Source: a bacterium (lineage in GTDB: Bacteria > SZUA-182 > DTGQ01 > JAFGSM01). Taken from it: a stretch of DNA of 64,000 nucleotides. Made by a program: the position numbers and the translations under genes. Location of the stretch: the NCBI GenBank assembly GCA_049472335.1, contig JBLIRO010000014.1:9684-73683 (forward strand), read 5' to 3'. Shown here one piece after another: positions 59,986-64,000 of the stretch (position 1 is the first letter of the stretch; each line of letters opens with the position of its first letter). A model generated the notes under the pieces. It saw only the letters and a list, made by a program, of their open reading frames with translations. It ran no database searches and was not told the DNA's origin.

Positions 59986-62900
59986 TTAAAATATCCATCC
60001 ACAGTGACCATAATATTGCCGACACTGCTGAGGAGCTGTAAATTTTGCATTATTTTGACAATCATGCATTGTCACTCCAGTGCCAAATACTCGAGGTGGG
60101 CACTGTTGCATAATGTCAGGAGGGGCATATCTTATGGTACATCTGCATCTTCTTGGGCCGCGCCGTTTACATGCAGAAAAATAAATTGGTACAGGGATAT
60201 CTGCTCCAAGCGAGGAAGCAACAAAATAAAGAGTACACATAATAACGTATGTCAAAATCATGGCATAAGCTAATGATAACAGGATATTAGAAATAGAGAT
60301 TGTAGTCATTGTCATTGCCATTGTCATATTACCACATGGATCAGTTGTATTAACGGGGTTATTTGATGCATAGATATACATATTTTGCTCTATGGGCATG
60401 TTAAGCGAAGATAGAAATTTATCATATGTCAAAAACCTTCCAATTGCAGGTTTGTAGTATCTTGACCGTAGATAGTAGGCATTTATCATAGAATCAAACT
60501 GCTCGCCTGCGAAAAGATAATTATTGACTGTGCTTCCTGTTGAACTTAGCATAATCCCGAAGGCCTCATAGATATATGTATCAGTTATATTTTGATTGTT
60601 ATCGGTCAAGCCCCTGATACTCCCAAGGCCGTCCTGGTGATAATAAGATGCAATACCATCCCTCATCTGTTTGATAAGTTCCTTTCCATAAGTATATCTG
60701 GCAATCAATGAGCCACTGCTATCCAGCTCTTCCAATACCTGGGCAAAATCCATATTCTTATCAACCAAAAATTCAGTTGAAACTCCATTCACTGTAGAGC
60801 GAATCCTTATCCCATCGGCATCATATTGATATTCTATCAAATCGCCTAATGATTCAGCTTTTATGAGTCTGTCCTCATGATCATATGTATAAGTATATGT
60901 CTGCAAACCATCCGTTTTGCTTAATGTATTGCCATTGTTGTCATATGTGTAAGAGTTGGAACCTTCTGTAAGCAACCGGTTATTATTATCATATGTGTAT
61001 AATGTTGTGCCATTTGAATCTGTCTTGGACAGTCTATTACCCACAGGATCATACGTATAAGAAATATTTTCATCTCCATGAACCGGATCAGAGATTTTTT
61101 CGTCTAATAATCTGTAGAGTGAATCATAGGTATACTCGACCTTACGGCCGTCTTCCTCTACAATCTGTGTACGGTTACCAACTGGATCCAGAGTGTATGC
61201 AAAGCTGGAAATAATCGAATGATCTTCTTTTTGATTTTCTACTTTGGTTAGTTGGTTCAACGAATTGTATGTATAATAGGCTATTGTCCCGTTTGGTTTG
61301 GTCACCCTTATTTTATTGCCTGCTTTGTCATATATATAGGCTGTAACCCCACCATCCGGATCAGTCACTGTGCTTAGACGGTTCAATGCATCATATACAT
61401 ATGAGGTTGTGCCTGAGGATGTGGTCAAGGCTGTACGATTTCCTGCAGCATCATAAGCATATGATATTGTGCTCCCGTCCGGATTAGTTACTCCTATTAG
61501 CCTGTCTCTCAAATCATAGTCATATCTTGTCTCTCCCATATCATCAGTAACTGTCTCCCGCTTGTCTGTTAATGTATAAGTAAATGAAACCTTAGAGCCA
61601 TTGTAATAAGTTTTTTCAATCAACCTGTTGTTCTCATCATAAACAAAGTTGGTTACATCTCCATTAAAGTTTGTGTGGGTTAGAATATTCCCATTTGAAT
61701 CATAGGTAAAATGTTCAGTCATACCAAGAGGAAGGATATGTCTTATTTTTTGTCCCAAAATATCATAATTCCAAAAGCTTGTATTTCCATTAGCATCTGT
61801 CACTGAAATGAGATTTCCTATACCATCATATGTAAAAATTGTCTCATTCCCCAAAGCATCAGTCACCTTTGTAAGTCTATATATAGGATCATATTCAAAT
61901 CGCTTGGTGTTTCCTGCTTGATCAGTTTCCTGGCTTCGCTGGTTTATACTATTGTATTGGACAGTTGATGATGTACCGTTAGGATAGATCGTCTTTGTTA
62001 ATCTATTTAGTCCGTCATATTCATATTGAATTGAATGACCCAAAGGATCTGTAACACTTATAAGATTTCCATTTTTATCATATCCATATGTTTTCACATT
62101 TCCAAGGGCATCGGTCTTTATGGTCATTCTTCCTGCGGCATCATACTCAAATCCTGTAATATTACCATTTTCATCCGTTTCCGCTATTAACCTGCCTGCT
62201 GAATCATACTCTCTATATGTAGAGGTGCCATCAGGGTAAATAGTCTTCACAAGACGATACAGTTTATCATATTCATAATAAGTTGTTCTTCCCGCTTTAT
62301 CAGTGGAGCTAGTCTTGTTATTTTCTGCATCGTATTCAAAGATCTCTGTAGTTCCATCAGGATATAGTGTATTTATATGATTGCCCCTGATATCATATTG
62401 ATACTCTGTGCGGTTTCCATTTTTATCTACTTCGGCTGAAAGCTTACCTGTGGGAGTATACTCGAAATGTAATACGTTGCCTAATGCATCTATCTCCTGG
62501 ACTACCCTATCTTTATTATCATAAACTTTGCTTTTTGTTATAGTAACAATATTGCCCAAGGAATCGGTAAATGTCCGGGTCTCAGTCAACTGGTTTCCAT
62601 TCTGGTCATATGTATATGTAGTTACATTACCAAGAGGATCTGTTTCTTTAATAAGATCACCAAAAGAGTTATATTCATTATTAGTTGTGTTGCCTGCCGG
62701 ATCTGTTACCGAAATCATATTACCAGTACCATCAAACATATTAGTTCGTGTCTCACCCAAAGGATTTGTAGCGGATATGAGATTGCCCGAACTATCATAT
62801 ACAAAGGTTATTGTATTGCCCATTGGATCGGTCTTTGAAAGAATCTGGTTAGAAGAGTTATAAGTATAAGTGGTTGTATTGCCTAGAGGATCTGTTTTGG

Positions 62901-63999
62901 TAAGATTATTCCCTCTTTCATCGTAAGTATATGTTGTAGTATGATTTAATGGATCGGTTTCGCTTAGCTGGTTACCTTTTTCATCATAAGTATAGATTGT
63001 CGTGTTACCAAGGGCATCTGTTCTGCTAATCACATTTCCCTGTTCATCATAACCTATGACTGTTATATTATCCAAGCGATCCTTAACCACTTCACGGCGG
63101 GCATCCAGATCGTGAGTAAATTCCATTCGATTACCATTTGCATCTATTACTGCAATTAGACGTCCATCATAATCGTATTCGTTTCTCACTGCTCCAGTAC
63201 AGCACGTCTCTGCAATATCAACAAGACCATGAGTTCTATTATATGTATATTGAGCAACATTATACTCCTGATCGGTTACTGCTTTTAAATCACCATTAAT
63301 GTCATACTCATAGGTGATTATATTCCCCATAGGATCTGTAATCTCAGTGATTCTTCCTTCAGCGTCCCTTGTGAAGGCTACACTCTTCCCTGTAGAATGT
63401 ATGATTCCTCCATAGGTTATATCAAGGGAATTGCCATTTTTGTCTGTGACCTTCTGAAGTCCCTCATTCTGATCTATGATATACACAGTTCCATCTATGG
63501 TTGTCAGTTGGTAAAGATCGGGATCGTAAACCTCAAATTCCCAGTTCACGACCTGGGATCCGTCAAAATACATGGGACTATCATCCAAAGCTACGAGGGA
63601 TCCATATGTTCCCGGACGAGGTGTATATACAGCAGAGTCTACCCATGTAATGGGTATAAGCAATTGTGATTCCGGTATAAATCTGCAATCAAACTCCATA
63701 ATGCGTCCGTCCGATAGGGTTATGCTTACATAATGGTTCCCATCCGGCATGAGAAAATATGTCGGGAAAAACCCACCTGACGCCTGTTGATACCATCCTT
63801 CGCCCGGTTCACGGTTTTCTTCTACCTTTGTGGTCTTAATATCAATATTCCAGCCATAACCAAAATCACCCTTGTTATGCCTGATGCGACTGTCATAGGT
63901 CCGGTAGATTGTGATGGGAATGCCTGCTACGGGGATCTCCAGGTCTTTAAAGGTCACAGTAAAGTTTCCGACCTTAAGGTCACCTGTGATCCGGTAGGT
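59986..63999 (-). CDS. RHS/YD-repeat protein, 5'-truncated by window; Cys-rich C-terminal domain
   Basis: Frame open to window end (TYRITGDLKVGNFTVTFKDL); YYLRSRYY...NNPVNTTDPCG. Confidence 0.95.
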   Translation of the reverse strand, partial: TYRITGDLKVGNFTVTFKDLEIPVAGIPITIYRTYDSRIRHNKGDFGYGWNIDIKTTKVEENREPGEGWYQQASGGFFPTYFLMPDGNHYVSITLSDGRIMEFDCRFIPESQLLIPITWVDSAVYTPRPGTYGSLVALDDSPMYFDGSQVVNWEFEVYDPDLYQLTTIDGTVYIIDQNEGLQKVTDKNGNSLDITYGGIIHSTGKSVAFTRDAEGRITEITDPMGNIITYEYDINGDLKAVTDQEYNVAQYTYNRTHGLVDIAETCCTGAVRNEYDYDGRLIAVIDANGNRMEFTHDLDARREVVKDRLDNITVIGYDEQGNVISRTDALGNTTIYTYDEKGNQLSETDPLNHTTTYTYDERGNNLTKTDPLGNTTTYTYNSSNQILSKTDPMGNTITFVYDSSGNLISATNPLGETRTNMFDGTGNMISVTDPAGNTTNNEYNSFGDLIKETDPLGNVTTYTYDQNGNQLTETRTFTDSLGNIVTITKSKVYDNKDRVVQEIDALGNVLHFEYTPTGKLSAEVDKNGNRTEYQYDIRGNHINTLYPDGTTEIFEYDAENNKTSSTDKAGRTTYYEYDKLYRLVKTIYPDGTSTYREYDSAGRLIAETDENGNITGFEYDAAGRMTIKTDALGNVKTYGYDKNGNLISVTDPLGHSIQYEYDGLNRLTKTIYPNGTSSTVQYNSINQRSQETDQAGNTKRFEYDPIYRLTKVTDALGNETIFTYDGIGNLISVTDANGNTSFWNYDILGQKIRHILPLGMTEHFTYDSNGNILTHTNFNGDVTNFVYDENNRLIEKTYYNGSKVSFTYTLTDKRETVTDDMGETRYDYDLRDRLIGVTNPDGSTISYAYDAAGNRTALTTSSGTTSYVYDALNRLSTVTDPDGGVTAYIYDKAGNKIRVTKPNGTIAYYTYNSLNQLTKVENQKEDHSIISSFAYTLDPVGNRTQIVEEDGRKVEYTYDSLYRLLDEKISDPVHGDENISYTYDPVGNRLSKTDSNGTTLYTYDNNNRLLTEGSNSYTYDNNGNTLSKTDGLQTYTYTYDHEDRLIKAESLGDLIEYQYDADGIRIRSTVNGVSTEFLVDKNMDFAQVLEELDSSGSLIARYTYGKELIKQMRDGIASYYHQDGLGSIRGLTDNNQNITDTYIYEAFGIMLSSTGSTVNNYLFAGEQFDSMINAYYLRSRYYKPAIGRFLTYDKFLSSLNMPIEQNMYIYASNNPVNTTDPCGNMTMAMTMTTISISNILLSLAYAMILTYVIMCTLYFVASSLGADIPVPIYFSACKRRGPRRCRCTIRYAPPDIMQQCPPRVFGTGVTMHDCQNNAKFTAPQQCRQYYGHCGWIF

Positions 64000-64000
64000 T

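Noticed and set aside
60305..60327. CATTGT/CATTGC hexamer repeat (MTMAMTM) as a phase-variation tract
   Set aside because: In-frame, short and imperfect; slippage would not shift the frame
48015..63669. Many short antisense and alternate-frame ORFs within the RHS genes (and likewise within other long genes)
   Set aside because: Shadow ORFs from codon bias of the real genes; no motifs

Overview
AT-rich bacterial window. Pilin type, a PilG/XapA-like gene and a multiheme cytochrome suggest a Deltaproteobacteria-like or related anaerobe (inference). Left to right: (1) end of an F-type ATP synthase operon (atpD 3' end, atpC); (2) a PHP tyrosine phosphatase, a DUF4139 protein and an outer-membrane beta-barrel; (3) two tandem aromatic-rich type IV pilins behind a duplicated palindrome/IHF/sigma54 regulatory module; (4) a ~27 kb surface-glycan locus (O-antigen-ligase-like, PilG/XapA-like, Wzm/Wzt, many glycosyltransferases, pyruvyl-, carbamoyl-, amido- and methyl-transferases) split by two large secreted proteins; (5) cysK, an octaheme cytochrome c, a radical SAM protein, purH, thrC, suhB; (6) a toxin-antitoxin hotspot whose intact and decayed modules are separated by same-strand GTCCC(C/T)-A/T-run motifs with stuttered 3' ends; (7) a minus-strand tandem RHS polymorphic toxin locus: partial RHS, ankyrin protein, 3792-aa RHS, PQQ-type beta-propeller. 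No rRNA, tRNA or CRISPR array was seen. All calls come from reading the sequence and recognising motifs; no database searches were run.
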